Source: Octopus sinensis (taxonomy: Eukaryota). From it: a DNA stretch of 64,000 nt. Below are positions 12,176 through 26,394 of the stretch, in pieces; positions within the stretch are counted from its first letter, which is position 1, and each line of letters starts with the position of its first letter. The notes under the pieces were generated by a model. The model searched no databases. It had not been told where the DNA came from and saw only the letters and a program-made list of their open reading frames with translations. The DNA lies in NCBI RefSeq assembly GCF_006345805.1, contig NC_043015.1, positions 20,832,001 through 20,896,000 on the forward strand, written 5' to 3'. A program made the translations under genes and the position numbers.

Positions 12176-12747
12176 TTCTTTTAAGTATTTCAGTCATTTG
12201 ACTGCGGCCATGTTGGAGCATCGCCTTTATTCGAACAAATCGACTCCAGTATTTATTCTTTGTAAGCCTAGTACTTACTCTATCGGTCTCTTTTGCTGAC
12301 CCGCTATATTACGGGGTCGTAAATACACTGGCATCGGTTGTAAAGCGATGGTGGTGGTGGGGAGACAAACTCTGGCCCAGAAATCCATGCGTATACATAC
12401 ATATAGGACGGGTTTCTTTCAGTTTAAGTCTATCAAATCTACTCACAAGGCTTTAGTCGGCCCAAGGAAACAGTATAAGACACTTGCCCAAGGTGCCACG
12501 CAGTGGGACTGAATCCGGAACCATTTGGTTGGTAAGCGAGCTTCTTACCACACAGCCATCCACCACTGTGCCTGTATGTTTGTGTGTCGGGCTTCCTTCA
12601 GTTTCCGTCAACCAAATCCTTTCACAAAGCTTCCATTGGACCTAGACTACAAAAGAAGGCACCGTCCAAGTTACCACACAGTGGGATTGCACCCAGAACC
12701 ATTTGGCTGGGAAGCAAACTTCTTACCACACAGCCGCGCCTTCACCT
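12176..12747 (-). mobile_element. SINE family A, full copy (12176-12572) plus a tandem extra 5' half (12588-12747)
   Basis: Two successive heads: ccacgcagtgggactgaatccggaaccatttgg and ccacacagtgggattgcacccagaaccatttgg. Confidence 0.85.
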
Positions 12748-14603
12748 GTGTGTGATAAACGCAGAATGTACATATTTAAATATGGAAGCCATGTGCAATC
12801 AATATATATAAATTTTTGCGCAATAATCACTGTTATATTACATATATCTGGTATAACATACATACGGATACCCATCAGTGTGTATTCATTAGTACCTATG
12901 TAACTTACTGTCATGCACATGCACACAAATGCAATCATAGACTATGTGCACACTATACACACATATATAATGTGTGTGCGTGTGTTTCCATACATATATA
13001 CTATGTAAAGCTAATGTACGCTACTATAATGCGAGACTTACTTTGAAATTGGAAGACAACATTGTAAGCGCTGAATATTTGTACAATTTAAATGTATGGA
13101 AGAAAATTACGATTTAATTCTACGTTATCTATTCATAAATTCAAAAAATAATATCTCTGAAATTTTATGAATATTATTAAATAGTACTCCTTTCTCTGCT
13201 TCTCACTATCTTTATGATATTGTCATTGCTTGTCTCTCTATTTTAAATTCTCTCTCTCTCTCCCTCTCTCTACCTCTCTATCTCTCATTTGCTCACTGAC
13301 TCAAACGTTTTACTTTTTTGTTACCCAATCTTTCTGGATCCCTTTCAAAGCCGTATTAATAGCCTAGCGAACTGTTTCAATGAAAAATATCTCAAATTTC
13401 CTGCCCGTTTGTCTGCTTGTCTCTCCATACGTATTATTATTTTTTTTATATTAATCCTGACTTTGCCAATTATATATACGTGCATGTATACAAACGTTGA
13501 TTATATATATATATAAAACAGATACGCGCACATATGTGTATATTTACACTCACATGTATATATATATGTATATCCACACACAGACATATATACATATACC
13601 CATACAGGCATTATATATATTTATATACACAAAAACACACACTCTCGTCTGTCTATCCCGTAATCGATCTAGTAAGTTCCATTACTTCTTCACAAGCCTC
13701 CCTAACTGCTGCCGTTCCTGTCCCATGAATATCAGCTTCCCAGCCCCACTCGAAACCCACATCTGTATATCCACTCCTCAACCGATTTATCTACTTCTCT
13801 CCTACTCACTCCACTACACACCCATCAACCTATCTACCTGTCTATCCACCAACCCGATTGTCTCACGTCTGATCACTTACAGATATTTCAACCTCTACCT
13901 GTATCTGCACGCGTCTGCGCGCTTCCCGTCGTTCTTAGAAATTGTTACCTTCATTGATCAATACTGATTTACATTTTAGATCTTGATTTTTTTATTGTCT
14001 CCGTTAGACAACCTGTTTGTAGTGTTTTCTGTTAAATGTTTGTCGAGTTTTTGTTGTTGTGTTTAATGAATGCTATTGTATAAATGGATCTTGAACGATG
14101 TGTTCAATTTAGATGCTTTTCACATTCCGTCAGTTTTTTTCCCCGCATTTTATCTAACTTAATTAAACCTAGTACTTTCAGACTTAATATAATGTTTGCT
14201 AGTTCTAATTAATTAATAAACTATATGCACTTAAATGAAAAGAAAAACAAAATATCGGATTAGTGACTAATAATTAAGATCATTGAATATAATCTGGTTC
14301 TGACATGTAAGGGTAACGACTCTAAGGATGTTTTAATGTTATGGGGTCTTCGCGGCGAAGCGTATCATCTACATTTGCCAAAAGGGAGAAATGTGAAAAA
14401 GTCTGTTCTTCTATAATAATAATTACCTCAGTCATTTTTTTTCTAATTTACGACAGTCCTGCTTAGTCTTTACTTTAATCCAATGTTAATGCAAACCTAT
14501 TCTTTATCTGGGTGTTTGGAAGTACCTCATATAGAAATCAAAATGCATTGTGAATATCGAGAAAATGTCTCGATGTACCTTATACATTATAAATATCACA
14601 TTT

Positions 14604-14790
14604 CTTGGTTAACTCTTACGTGTTTCAGTCACTAAACTGCGACCAGGGTGAGGCATCTCCTTCAAGAATTTTTTTATTGAGTGAATATACACATCATTTT
14701 ATATATATATATATATGTTGCAGAGGCGTAAACATACCAACGCCGTCTGTCAAGCTGTTGTTTGGGACAAAGGCGCGGTCACATACACGA
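14604..14790 (-). mobile_element. SINE family A, degenerate 3' half
   Basis: tgtttcagtcactaaactgcgacc..cgtaaacataccaacgccgtctgtcaagc. Confidence 0.6.
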
Positions 14791-14860
14791 ATCTAGGACA
14801 GAACATGAAACCCCGTGGTTGCAAGCAAGCAACAGGCATGACTCTCCCACTCATATATAC

Positions 14861-14934
<74 letters not shown>

Positions 14935-15849
14935 AGGTGTGTAATTTTGTGTATATTTACGTATATGTTTATCGAAACAAACATCTTTTGATTTATCGGA
15001 TGTTTCTCAAAGAGACACTCGATTCTAGAAGAACGGTTCTATCCTGAAATTCTTGTGTGAATTCTTGTGTATTCAAGTCTCTATGTCTCCACACAGACCG
15101 GTCCAGTTTTCGTTTGTGCATTTACATGAATGATTATCAATGGACTGGAATCATTTGATAACATTATAGACGCTCTAGTTGAAGAATGATGAAGTGGCTG
15201 CGTAAGCCTATTTCAGTGTTGATCGACCAGACATATAGCCTAGAGGTAGTCAGTCAAACCACTAACTAGTTCGACCATAAACACATTTCTCAAAGTGATA
15301 TATAGTGATAATATACATTTAGAGGATTCATACTGCGACACATTTAACCACTCTTTGGCCAATATTTCCTCAGTATCGCCAGCTTCGTTAATTTCAATCA
15401 AATATTGATATTAAGTAAATCCATGTTGCATGAAGGAGGCAGTGGATTTAAGAAGATTACTTCTGTTACTCTCGATTTGAGTTCGATTCCAATGGGGAAA
15501 GTATTCTGTAAGATTTTAAAGCTTGTAGTTAACGAATATAGGTTGACTGTAGAGTCTGTTTTAAAAATGCATATTTTTAATAATTTGATTTTATCATATT
15601 TATAAATATGATCTTAGACATGGTTTTTGCTACTTGTGATACAAAATTGAATGCGCTGTGCGAGATTCACTTTGACGCAAAGTGGTAACTCCAGGTTTAC
15701 GTCAATTTGTTGTCTTGCTTACGTCATCATAAAATTCTCAGACATCATCAGTTCATATCTCTGAGAGAAAAAAATTACTTCCTGGAAAAATCCGAGGAGG
15801 TGCGGACAGCCTTCCTAGAAATGTCCGAGAAGCGGTGGGTAGGACTTCC

Positions 15850-16025
15850 TCATAAGCGTCGGTTTCCTGGTTTCAACGGCGTATATATTACTTATCTGGA
15901 CGGGACGACGGTCTGTAGCACGGTTATCCATTTCCACCAGCTGGGCTAGACGAACGTGTTTTGCCCGGTCCAGGAATCTTACGAGCATGAATCCAATACC
16001 TTAACCACTAAGCCACGCGCCTCCC
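15850..16025 (-). mobile_element. tRNA-headed SINE, family C
   Basis: Minus strand head gggaggcgcgtggcttagtggttaagg (A-box TGGCTTAGTGG); related heads at 2860-2885, 21661 and 63329. Confidence 0.6.
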
Positions 16026-16053
16026 CACATATATATAAACATTTTTATGTATG

Positions 16054-16099
<46 letters not shown>

Positions 16100-16109
<10 letters not shown>

Positions 16110-16298
16110 AGTGTGTGTCTATGTGATTCGCCGCCGCTTTAGAATCGGTGTTGGTGGGCTTACGTACCCATAACTTCGCAATTTGGCAAAATAGACCGAT
16201 ATATTAAGTATCAGCCTTGCAAAAGGTCATGTGACTGAAAAAGTTTAAGGCAGTGCCCCAGTATGGCCGCAGTCTAATGGCTGAAACAAATAAAAGAT
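16100..16298 (+). mobile_element. SINE family A, 3' half
   Basis: gcagtgccccagtatggccgcagtctaatggctgaaacaaataaaaga tail. Confidence 0.75.
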
Positions 16299-16494
16299 GA
16301 ATACATCGTCCATTATCGAAAATATATTTTGTTCCCAAACTCTCGATATATAGAAACAAGGCTTCGAAAAGGATATAAACGTGAAGTAAATATTTTATTC
16401 AAAAGATTCGTATTTGTTCGGAATCATCTCTTAAAACGAAAAAGGAAAAAAAGAAAAACAATGTCTGTTCCTCGTCATCGAACCATGACACAAC

Positions 16495-16715
16495 TACATA
16501 GAACGGTACGTGACAAGGAAATGCCTTCACAGTTACTAGATTTGTTAGAAAAAGCAACCAAATCACTTAAAAATTACTTTACAGTCGCAATCAAAGAGGA
16601 CACGTTAGATAATTTCATCAGCGATACCATTTAAAACGGAGTGGTCATGTATGGACAACATTTAAAGGAGGGTTTCTTGAAATACGATTGAGATGGTCTA
16701 AACAGCAGCAATAAC
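16495..16715 (-). mobile_element. Old dispersed repeat (SINE/LINE-tail-like); related pieces at ~15200-15300, 21200-21420, 37410-37600 and 57520-57800
   Basis: Shared motifs gatttggctgctatttctagca and gatcaaaggcattcca..accatc across copies. Confidence 0.45.
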
Positions 16716-17184
16716 AATTTTAATAATGTGTATAAATTGCTGATAGATAAATCGATCGATAAATGTATGAATTTGACGGTGGAAGGTGCTTCATTTCTGC
16801 TAACAATTTTAAGGAGAAACTTCTAAAGAGAGATCAAAATAGCAGTCATGTGTGACGGAGTATATTTTTACATTTAATACAAGTCGCGATGGAAATATTT
16901 GAATGGAAATAGGAAAAATTAAAGAATAAAAATGAGAAATGATTAAAAAAATTGGTGAAACACTCACTTTAAAATTATATTCCTACAACCTTTATTTTAT
17001 TTATTTTTCAAAAATTGATGGTGAGCTTTGGTCACAGATTTGAAGAGAGCAATCAATGTTTCATGTATTTACGACGGTTACAGTACGATGAGTTGATAAT
17101 TGTTTGACGGAAGAAATATGAGTGATATTCACTAGAAAGGAAGAATGCTATGTCGGTCGTCTCATTCTTTCTTTCTCTCTCTCT

Positions 17185-17190
<6 letters not shown>

Positions 17191-17282
<92 letters not shown>

Positions 17283-17310
17283 ATATATATATATGTATGT
17301 ATGTATGTGT
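17191..17310. repeat. (CA)n(TA)n(TATG)n compound microsatellite
   Basis: Directly visible. Confidence 0.95.
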
Positions 17311-18428
17311 GTATATCTGTGCGTGTTTGTATATGTGTGTGCGTGTAATGCTAAGCAACAGTAAAAAGACAAAATAGCAAGGGCAAAGTTTTACTATTTG
17401 GAATGGTTTATAATTGTGCCCCTTATTGCTCTATAGCCATATTAACTGAATATCATATATCACTAACAATCAAACAACAGCAAAACTGGTGATGATTCTT
17501 AACTTTATGGTCAATTCACTCAAAGAGAATCGCTCATGAAATGTACTATTTTCTAGCCGTGAAAAAAATATTGTTTGTTTCCTCTGAAGTTTACTTAAGG
17601 CCCTTTCTCTCATCTGATGTATACTATTTCTGGCAGAATGGAAGCCAGCATCCTACTCCTAGCCGTAGTAATATTAGTTGTATTATTTAGTTTAATTTTA
17701 TACGACTCCCATGCAGCCTCCTAAGTACAGAGTTAAGAAATTTAACTAGTTTGGGATTCAAAATCTGCTGGTACTTGAATTTTTATAAATGCTTTAAGTT
17801 GAAATCACTTTACAGGCAAGTGTAGGGAATATGTTGTTCTGTTCAAGTTGTATTTCAATACAATACTAAGTTTCTGTCGCTCATCGAAGAGAAGCTACCA
17901 GAACCCGTCAATGCATTCACACCTGTAATGGAGTTGTTTTCTTTCACCTCTCCCAAAGCCCAAACTCATTTTGAAAACGATTGCATCTATTTCTTGATCC
18001 AAATAATTGGGTGTGCAACATAAAACTCATCTTAAATGTGTTCGTGGTCAACTATAAATGCTTAAATCTGTACGGTATTTCGATCTCACATTTGTACGGT
18101 TTATTGCACATTTTTACGCGCACATTCCATTTTAAAGTACTTTATATTTTATTTCATGGCAGGTGCAATCAAGCATGATTTGTTAGTGCAATGTTTATGG
18201 ATTTGAGATCTGCGTCTGTTAATTTAACTGCTATATTATCCATAAAATTTTGGCAGGTTTAACCAAATTTTTGATGAACATTATGAGATAACTGTGTGAT
18301 AAAGGAAGTGATTACTGATTAGAATATTGAAAGTTCTAACTATATATTTTTGATGCATTTCATACGTGTGTGCACGTGAATGATATATATATATATATAT
18401 AATTACAGTGCACCTGTGTAATGGGATG

Positions 18429-18473
<45 letters not shown>

Positions 18474-18709
18474 GAGAGATAGAGAGAGAGAGACAAAGAG
18501 AGAGAGAGAGAGAGGTGTCAAGAGAGTGAGTAACGGAATACATGATTAGTTTGATAAACGTGTGAATGGGTGGGCGGACGTAATAGGGAGCAAAATTAAG
18601 GAGAAGATATTATTAGAGCCGACTTTGAAAATGATATCGTAAAACGGATGGAAAGCCGAGATATTGATCAAGGTGAAGCTCACTAGCTAATCGTGCATGC
18701 ATATATATA

Positions 18710-18745
<36 letters not shown>

Positions 18746-18803
18746 TGTGTGTGTAGAGAGAGGGAGAGAGATGGATGAAGCTGGGAAATTCCAATACATA
18801 AGC

Positions 18804-18863
<60 letters not shown>

Positions 18864-18911
18864 GTGTGCATGCCATACGATGCAAGAAAAAGACACCAGC
18901 TACACTACCCC

Positions 18912-18938
18912 ATAGTAGTAGTAGCAGTAGCCGTAGTA

Positions 18939-19012
<74 letters not shown>
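18912..19012. repeat. (GTA)n microsatellite
   Basis: Directly visible. Confidence 0.95.
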
Positions 19013-19013
<1 letters not shown>

Positions 19014-19142
19014 AAATACGAATATGGTATTCGTAAAAGTGAAAAGAAGACATGTAATATACATAACAATTACAAGAATAAAAAAGGGTAAAAAATGATA
19101 AGTAGAAAAAATGAGGTGTAAAACGTGAGAATGTGTGTGTGC

Positions 19143-19175
<33 letters not shown>

Positions 19176-19667
19176 CATAATCTACACGACGGTTGGTTGA
19201 TGAAGTATTCATTAAATGATAAAGACTTGGATAGATATTACAGTGTGTGTATGTGGAGATTCAGAGGAGAGAGAATAAATTTTTCAACTATAATGCATCG
19301 TTCTTACGAAGATTCTTAAGAAGATTTCCATCAAAATTAGTTACAATAAAGTTGAAAATAGACGAGAAAATAGGTTAGTACAATTAGAGACTGACTTGAA
19401 AGTAATTAAGAAATATATCAATCTTTGAAGTTTTAATATATGGCCTCAAGGACAGGAAAACCTCAACGTCGGCATAGTTACTTGTTCACTGTTTATATGA
19501 CTCGATATCTTTCTACTTCTAACGAAACCCCATCGTTTGTGGGTGGGAGAAACGGAACGAGGACGGAACAGCAGGTTTATGAAAGTTTGCATCATATATA
19601 TATATATATATATATATATGAATAGATATACTATTAAATTAGTATCTAATTCTCTCACCCTTATTAA

Positions 19668-19700
<33 letters not shown>

Positions 19701-19703
<3 letters not shown>

Positions 19704-19933
19704 CAAGTAGAAACACAAAGTTTATTCAACGCGTAAATACTGAACAGTATATATATATAAAGGATAAAATCCTTTTCTTCTTTCAAAGCAGAAAAATTTC
19801 TCGGCAGCCAGCCATGGCGGGCTGCTGACAATTTCTTTTACTTTGAAAAAACAAAACAAAAACGGACTTTATCCTTAATATATATACTTTTCAGTATCTA
19901 CGCGTTGAATAAAATTTATCTTTCTACTTGTTA
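19701..19933. mobile_element. Foldback palindromic element in (TA)n
   Basis: taacaagtagaaa..ttattcaacgcgtaaatactgaa / ttcagtatctacgcgttgaataa..tttctacttgtta; centre gccatggc; relative at 62585-62735. Confidence 0.8.
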
Positions 19934-20513
19934 TATATATATATTATGTATGTATATATGTACATATATATGTATGAGGCAAACCTTCATAAACCTGCAG
20001 TTCCGTCCTCATTCCGCTCCCCCCCCCCACCAACGATGGGGTTTCGTTAGAAGTAGAAAGATATCGAATGAGTCATAAACAGTGAACAAGAGACAAACAC
20101 TTACCTCTCTGGCCAATCGTTCATCAACTTTTTCAAGTACCACTTGAAAAGGAAGGTGAGAATGGAAAGGTGGGTGAATGTAGCAAACATAATGCGTGCG
20201 AGCGACGAAACCACTTTGAGCATGATCCTGTAAATCGAAAAGAGAGAGAGAGAGAGAGAAGAGAGAGAGAGGGCACTTTGCTCTCATGTGTTTATTCCCT
20301 CCCTGCCCGAGGTTACCGTAGGCTTTTCTTTCCACAGATAAATATATATCTTACTTTTTACATTTTTAAAACTCTTCTGTGATACACGATCCCTTTTGAT
20401 CGAAATTTTACTTTTTTTCTTATTTTCCCCCTTTTTCTTCATTTTCGAAAAGAAAAGCTCTACATCTGTATTTGTTCCGTCTGTGTTCAGCCCTGTGTGG
20501 CCAATAAAGAAAG

Positions 20514-20514
<1 letters not shown>

Positions 20515-20609
<95 letters not shown>

Positions 20610-20687
20610 TTACATATGTATCTGTCTACCGATTTATTTGTTTATCTGTCTATCTATCTATTTATCTATCTACCTACCGATGTAGTG

Positions 20688-20763
<76 letters not shown>

Positions 20764-20848
20764 CCTACCTACCTACCTATTTATGTATGCTTGTATGTAT
20801 GTATGTATGTATGTATGTATGTATGTATGTATGTATGTATCTATCTAT
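20515..20848. repeat. (TATC)n/(TACC)n/(TATG)n tetranucleotide array
   Basis: Directly visible. Confidence 0.95.
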
Positions 20849-21660
20849 CGATCTATTGATTGCTAGAGAAAACTGGAGAGGTAGGTTACAGTGGCTATGC
20901 CAGTAGGTGTTAATCACGCATTATAAAGACGTTTTAGTCTATCATAGCGAGAAACTTCTTTTAGGCTATAGTGTATATATTTCTGATAATATTTGACTCT
21001 GTGAATGAGTAGTAAGTCATACATAACATGCCATCAGCACTATGCTGTGCACTTTAGATTTCAAACAATAAACAATGGATGACTCAAATCGTTTACTATT
21101 TCATATATGGCGAACAATAGTCTTAAGTCAGGAGGTTTATTGAACTTGCAGTGGAAACCTACACTGATAACTGAATCGGTTATACTGTTGGTATTTTGAT
21201 GTAAATATCTCCGCATCCAAGTCAGTTCTCACTAAACACATCTATGATTTAGGGCATTCAAACCGTTACCTCTTGACATGTTTGAAGCAATGTGAAATCG
21301 GTAATAACTCAACATTCTCCTCGTTTTACTTTAAGGATGATAGAATGTGATATTTGAGAAATATAGCTGTCATTTCTAGCATCATGAGCGACAACGTAAT
21401 AACACACCTTCGTTAGCTTCTAAAATATAGTCACTATTGTTGCGGGTGCTCTTTACAAGTATGACTTCCCTATTCGAGCCAGCCTATTATCAAAGAGGGA
21501 GAGAGAGAGAAAGAGAGGGAGAGAGGGAGAGAGAGAAAGAAAGAAAGAGTGTAAGCATTCTGCACCATATTATGACCTAGCTTATATATATATGCACACA
21601 TACACACGTATGTATATATGTGTATGTGTGTGTGTGTATATATATATATTTGTACATATA

Positions 21661-21983
21661 GTGAAGGTACATGACTCGGTGGTTAAAGTTCGACTCCCAG
21701 ACCGGAGTGTGTGTTGTATTCTTGAGCAAGACACTTTATTTCATGCTGCTCCAGTTCACTCAGCTGTAGAAATGAGTTGCGACATCACTGGTGCCAAGCT
21801 GTATCGGCCCCTTTGCCTTTGCTTTAGATAACATCAATGGTGTGAAGATGGGAGGTTGGTATGCATGGTCGACAGCTGGCTTTCCACAAACGACCTTGCC
21901 CAGAGTTGTGCCTCGGAGGGGTACTTTCTAGGGGCAATCTCATGGTGCAATCCCATGGTAATTCATGACCGAAGGGGTTCCCC
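21661..21983 (+). mobile_element. tRNA-headed SINE family C with CORE-like central domain
   Basis: tgactcggtggtt / gttcgactcc boxes followed by cttgagcaagacactttatttc..ccagttcactcagctgtagaaatgagt. Confidence 0.7.
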
Positions 21984-22058
21984 TCATATACAGATACGTG
22001 TATATATATGTGCGTGTGTATGTACATATGTATATGTATGTTTGTGTATATATATAAA

Positions 22059-22564
22059 CTAGCAGTATCGCCCGGCGTTGCTCGGGTTTGTAAGGGAAAT
22101 AACTATATAAGCATTTTTAGAGAGTTACTTCCCTTATAAATTCGGGCTTTCTTAGCCATTTTTGTTTTGGTGTCTTCAAGCCATGAAGTCGTTGTTCTAA
22201 AAGAACGCTGGTTTCCTTCACAACGCATTACGACGTTGATTTCTTTACACTCCCTTCCCCACAGCTTCACGAGGGAGGGAAGGGGGAGAAGCAAACAGGT
22301 GCAGCTGTGAGCGTGGACGCCAACTCCGCCGCCATCGACATAGGATGCATTTTATGCATTAAAATGGAATAAAAAATGATGTTAAATTATTTTAAAAATC
22401 GTAGACTCATCGTTGACGCGCGGTAATAGTCAGACGGGCTCGATATGAATCACGACTATAAGATACCCGAATTTGGTTAAACTGCACCGCAAAATGTGGG
22501 AGGAGTTAGGAATCTAAATCGAAGGGGACAGACACTCACACAACTAGAGTTTTATATATATAGA
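22059..22564 (-). mobile_element. Non-autonomous Helitron (~506 bp), both ends intact
   Basis: Minus strand: A|TCtatatatataaaac ... cccgagcaacgccggg hairpin, 8 nt, CTAG|T; inserted at AT with no TSD; internal IR taagggaaataact/agttacttccctta. Confidence 0.88.
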
Positions 22565-22643
22565 TATATAAAACTGCATATATTACGTAATTTTTCACAT
22601 GGAATTTTGGATTCAAAAACAGAGTTGAACCGAAAGAATTGTA

Positions 22644-22644
22644 A

Positions 22645-22722
<78 letters not shown>
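22644..22722. repeat. (TATC)n
   Basis: Directly visible. Confidence 0.95.
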
Positions 22723-22723
<1 letters not shown>

Positions 22724-23226
22724 ACTAACGAAATGAGAGTTGAAGAATTATTCTATAAATTTGGAGATGTATGTGTATGTATAGACACATGAGTGCGTGC
22801 GCGCGTTATTTTAAAAGGGAAATTTTGACAGTGCGGTTCATATTTTGAGCACATTTACCGCCTTCAGATTAAAGCACTCGTGTTCCTTCCAAGTCTTATA
22901 TTTGTTGAAACTTAAGCAATAGGAACGTAAAGTTACAGTAGCCATATATGATAAATGCTCCATGTTTTCTTTGAAAACGTCTTTTATTCTCCTTAAAACC
23001 AGCGAAATGTGGTTGATTTTTGCTAAATTGCTCCACTCAAAAGCACGTACAAAAGACAATGAAATCACAGTCTCACTCACATACAGCCATAAGCAGACAT
23101 ACCCACACACATTTCTATATTTTATATATATTCATTAATACTTAGCATATACGGCTTTCATGCTTGCGGCACACTAACTTTATTATTTTTACCAATAATA
23201 ATGTTCTCTCATAAATGTATATATAT

Positions 23227-24002
23227 TAATAGCGACTCCGGCACTCGGGCTGTTCGGGTTTAGTCTGAGTATAAATTTAATAAAGTGAATGTGCATTTGC
23301 AAGTTGATTTAATTTCAGCCAACACTGACTTGAAGTATGTAATTGGAGCTAATAACTGGGTCTCCTTTTATTGAGCATGGTCGCCGTTCATTTATTTTCC
23401 TTCAGCGTCTGGCGGTGCTCTTAGAGGTGCCCAGTTCCAACAAATATCATCGATTGCTGACGTTCTCTCGACATCGTTCACATGCGCCTGACACAGGCTC
23501 AGCCGTTACCGCCCGAGTTGTTATGCATGATCGTAAAAATTAAAAGTAATTCAAATTTAATGTTTCCTTGAAACTATAAATTTCTATAGAGATTAGGTTT
23601 TAAATTCCAATCTATGAAAAGTTTCCATTCTACAATATTTTTATAGGAACGGAAAACTATCTAGCAACTCGGGCTAATACAAACGAGCCTGGTAGGTGTA
23701 AAAGACTAGCTATTGTCAAGAGTACAGGTGACAGTCATCTCGCTGAAGTTTGTTGTGCACTCTGTTGTCGTTGTTTGATTGCTGTCATTGTGTGCGTCTG
23801 TGTGTAAAAAACAGTTGTGTTTCGCTGAGTTGCTTTTTTTAAAGCCTTAACTTAGAAATGGAGAAAGACAGTGCTACATATAAAAAATATGCCATTTGGG
23901 GATAGAAATAAAGTGGAAAAACTTGAAATTCATCGAGCAAACATGTATCTTATGCAAAATTTGTGATGAGCCCGAGACGCTGATGACCTGGAGTCGCCTC
24001 TG
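23227..24002. mobile_element. Probable non-autonomous DNA transposon (hAT-like)
   Basis: Terminal gcgactcc / ggagtcgcctctg inverted match; ctcgggc/gcccgag motif repeated about five times, including near both ends. Confidence 0.45.
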
Positions 24003-24170
<168 letters not shown>

Positions 24171-25060
24171 TGAGAGAGAGTGAGAGAAAGAGGAGAGAGA
24201 GGGGCATGAGAAGGAGAGAGAGAAAAAGAAAGGGAAGAGAGAGGGAGATGAGAAGGAGAGATATAGAAACATCGAAATGATCGAGGTCAAATAAGTCAGA
24301 GATGAATCAGTGACGCCAAAACGGCAGTGCCAAAATGCCCGATATTCACTGCAGTTGAGATGTGGAAAAATACTCTCGAAAAACTCCAAATAAAGCAGGT
24401 CTTAGTCAGTGAAATTAAACACAATACTTGTCATATATTTTATACACTTTGAAAAGATGATAGTGAAAGTCGATCTCAACGGGACTTGAAATAAATATAT
24501 ATATATAAGAACCATCGTGAGTCATGTGGCTATGATATTTCGACCGCCGTCCTGACGTTTCTGTCAGTCAATCCATTGTCTGCGTGGCACTAATTAAATA
24601 TTGGGGTCGAATAATCGATTGAGTTTCCAATGCCCCCGAAATCCTTGGTCATTTGCCCAAAACAAAAATCAATATTAGATACGAACGGAATATATTGAAT
24701 TGAGAAGGTAGGAAAAGTAGTTTGAAAATGGCAGAAAATTAACAAATACGGATTGATATAACAAAGCGCCTTTCTAAGTGCTTTAAAATTGCTAATTCTG
24801 CCACTTCAACGTGTTGTGTTTGGTGTGTGTATATATAAAGAACCTCTTGAGACACCTCGTCAAATTAACGCAGACACAGAAATGATAAAGTTAAAAAAGA
24901 AAATACAGAGGAAGAATCGTTCACTATGTAAGAATATTTCTCTAAGACGGTTCAAAAATTTGGCACAAACAATTTGATTAGGACCATAGAACGCGCCTAT
25001 TTATATATATATATGTATGTATATATATATATATATATTATATATATAACACATACATAC

Positions 25061-25099
<39 letters not shown>

Positions 25100-25212
25100 T
25101 ATATATATATTATATATATATATATTCCGTGCGCCTATATATACATTTCATACAAACGCATATATATATTGATGTGTGTACACAGATGTGAGACGTACTT
25201 ATACATATATAT

Positions 25213-25403
25213 ACACACACAATATATTCATAAACATTTTCTTACACAAAGACATTTACATACATATACACACATACACATGTATATTTGTACATATATA
25301 TATATATTATATATGTTTATATATATATTTATATATATAGACACAATCAATATACATTATAAATTTCTTTTATACATATATATTCGTGGAAATACACATG
25401 TGC

Positions 25404-25463
<60 letters not shown>

Positions 25464-25686
25464 CATACATACATGCATATATATATATATATATACACAC
25501 ACACATATATTCATAAACATTTTCTTACAACACAAAGACATTACATATACACACATACATACATGTATATGTGTACATATATAATATATTATATATTGTT
25601 TATATATATATTTATATATATAGACACAATCAATATACATTATAAATTTCTTTTATACATATATATTCGTGGAAATACACATGTGC

Positions 25687-25736
<50 letters not shown>

Positions 25737-25790
25737 TATATATATATATATACATACATACATGCATATATATATATATATATACACCAC
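25213..25790. repeat. Tandem duplication, unit ~283 bp
   Basis: gacacaatcaatatacattataaatttcttttatacatatatattcgtggaaatacacatgtgcatg occurs at ~25340 and ~25623. Confidence 0.9.
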
Positions 25791-26227
25791 ACATATATAC
25801 GTTTATAATTTTTCTGAGCACACGTATATACATTTCACTTATAATGTTTTAAGAAAACTTGATATTCTTAACATATCTTGTCAAAACAGCTTATTTCCCT
25901 TTCTGCGTTCAATTACTAAATCATGATGGATCGCTTTAAGAAAAAAGTATTGAATATAATATTCCAACACTCTGGATGTGCAATGGAAACATCTAATTTA
26001 TCTCGATTGTGCTATGTTGCTGTTTATATAATATTGCATTTGCGACGTGGGGTGTGAGTCTTGATGCATTTGAAACTTTCAAACTTGAGGTGAATATACA
26101 AGTTCAGTCATAAGACTCTTGGTATCGCAATACCGACTTTTGTTCTCTTAATCTAATTTGTGATATTTGACTGGAAAAATTAAGAATAAAATGAGAACCT
26201 ACTGCGTTATTTCTCAAAGATAATTTC

Positions 26228-26385
26228 GTTCTTGTGTTTGAAAATCTTTCTTTGCAACTACGATGTTTCGAGTTGAGTCCAGTCCCACGGCGGGGTATCT
26301 TGAGCAAATGTCTGCTATAGCTTTGAGCCGACCAATATGTTGTGAATGAATTTGGAACCTGGACCTGAGTGGAGGGCAATCGTGT
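26228..26385 (-). mobile_element. SINE family A, 5' half (diverged)
   Basis: agtcccacggcggggtatcttgagcaaatgtctgctatagc matches the head region (orientation tentative). Confidence 0.5.
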
Positions 26386-26394
26386 AAGTCAATG

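Noticed and set aside
13497-13967. 156-aa ORF with non-repetitive C-terminal part
   Set aside because: Begins in low-complexity DNA, continues in pyrimidine-rich decayed repeat-like sequence; no recognisable domain or splice support.
17480-18280. Unique-looking block, possible exon or decayed transposase
   Set aside because: Frames are interrupted by stops and no motif could be confidently recognised.
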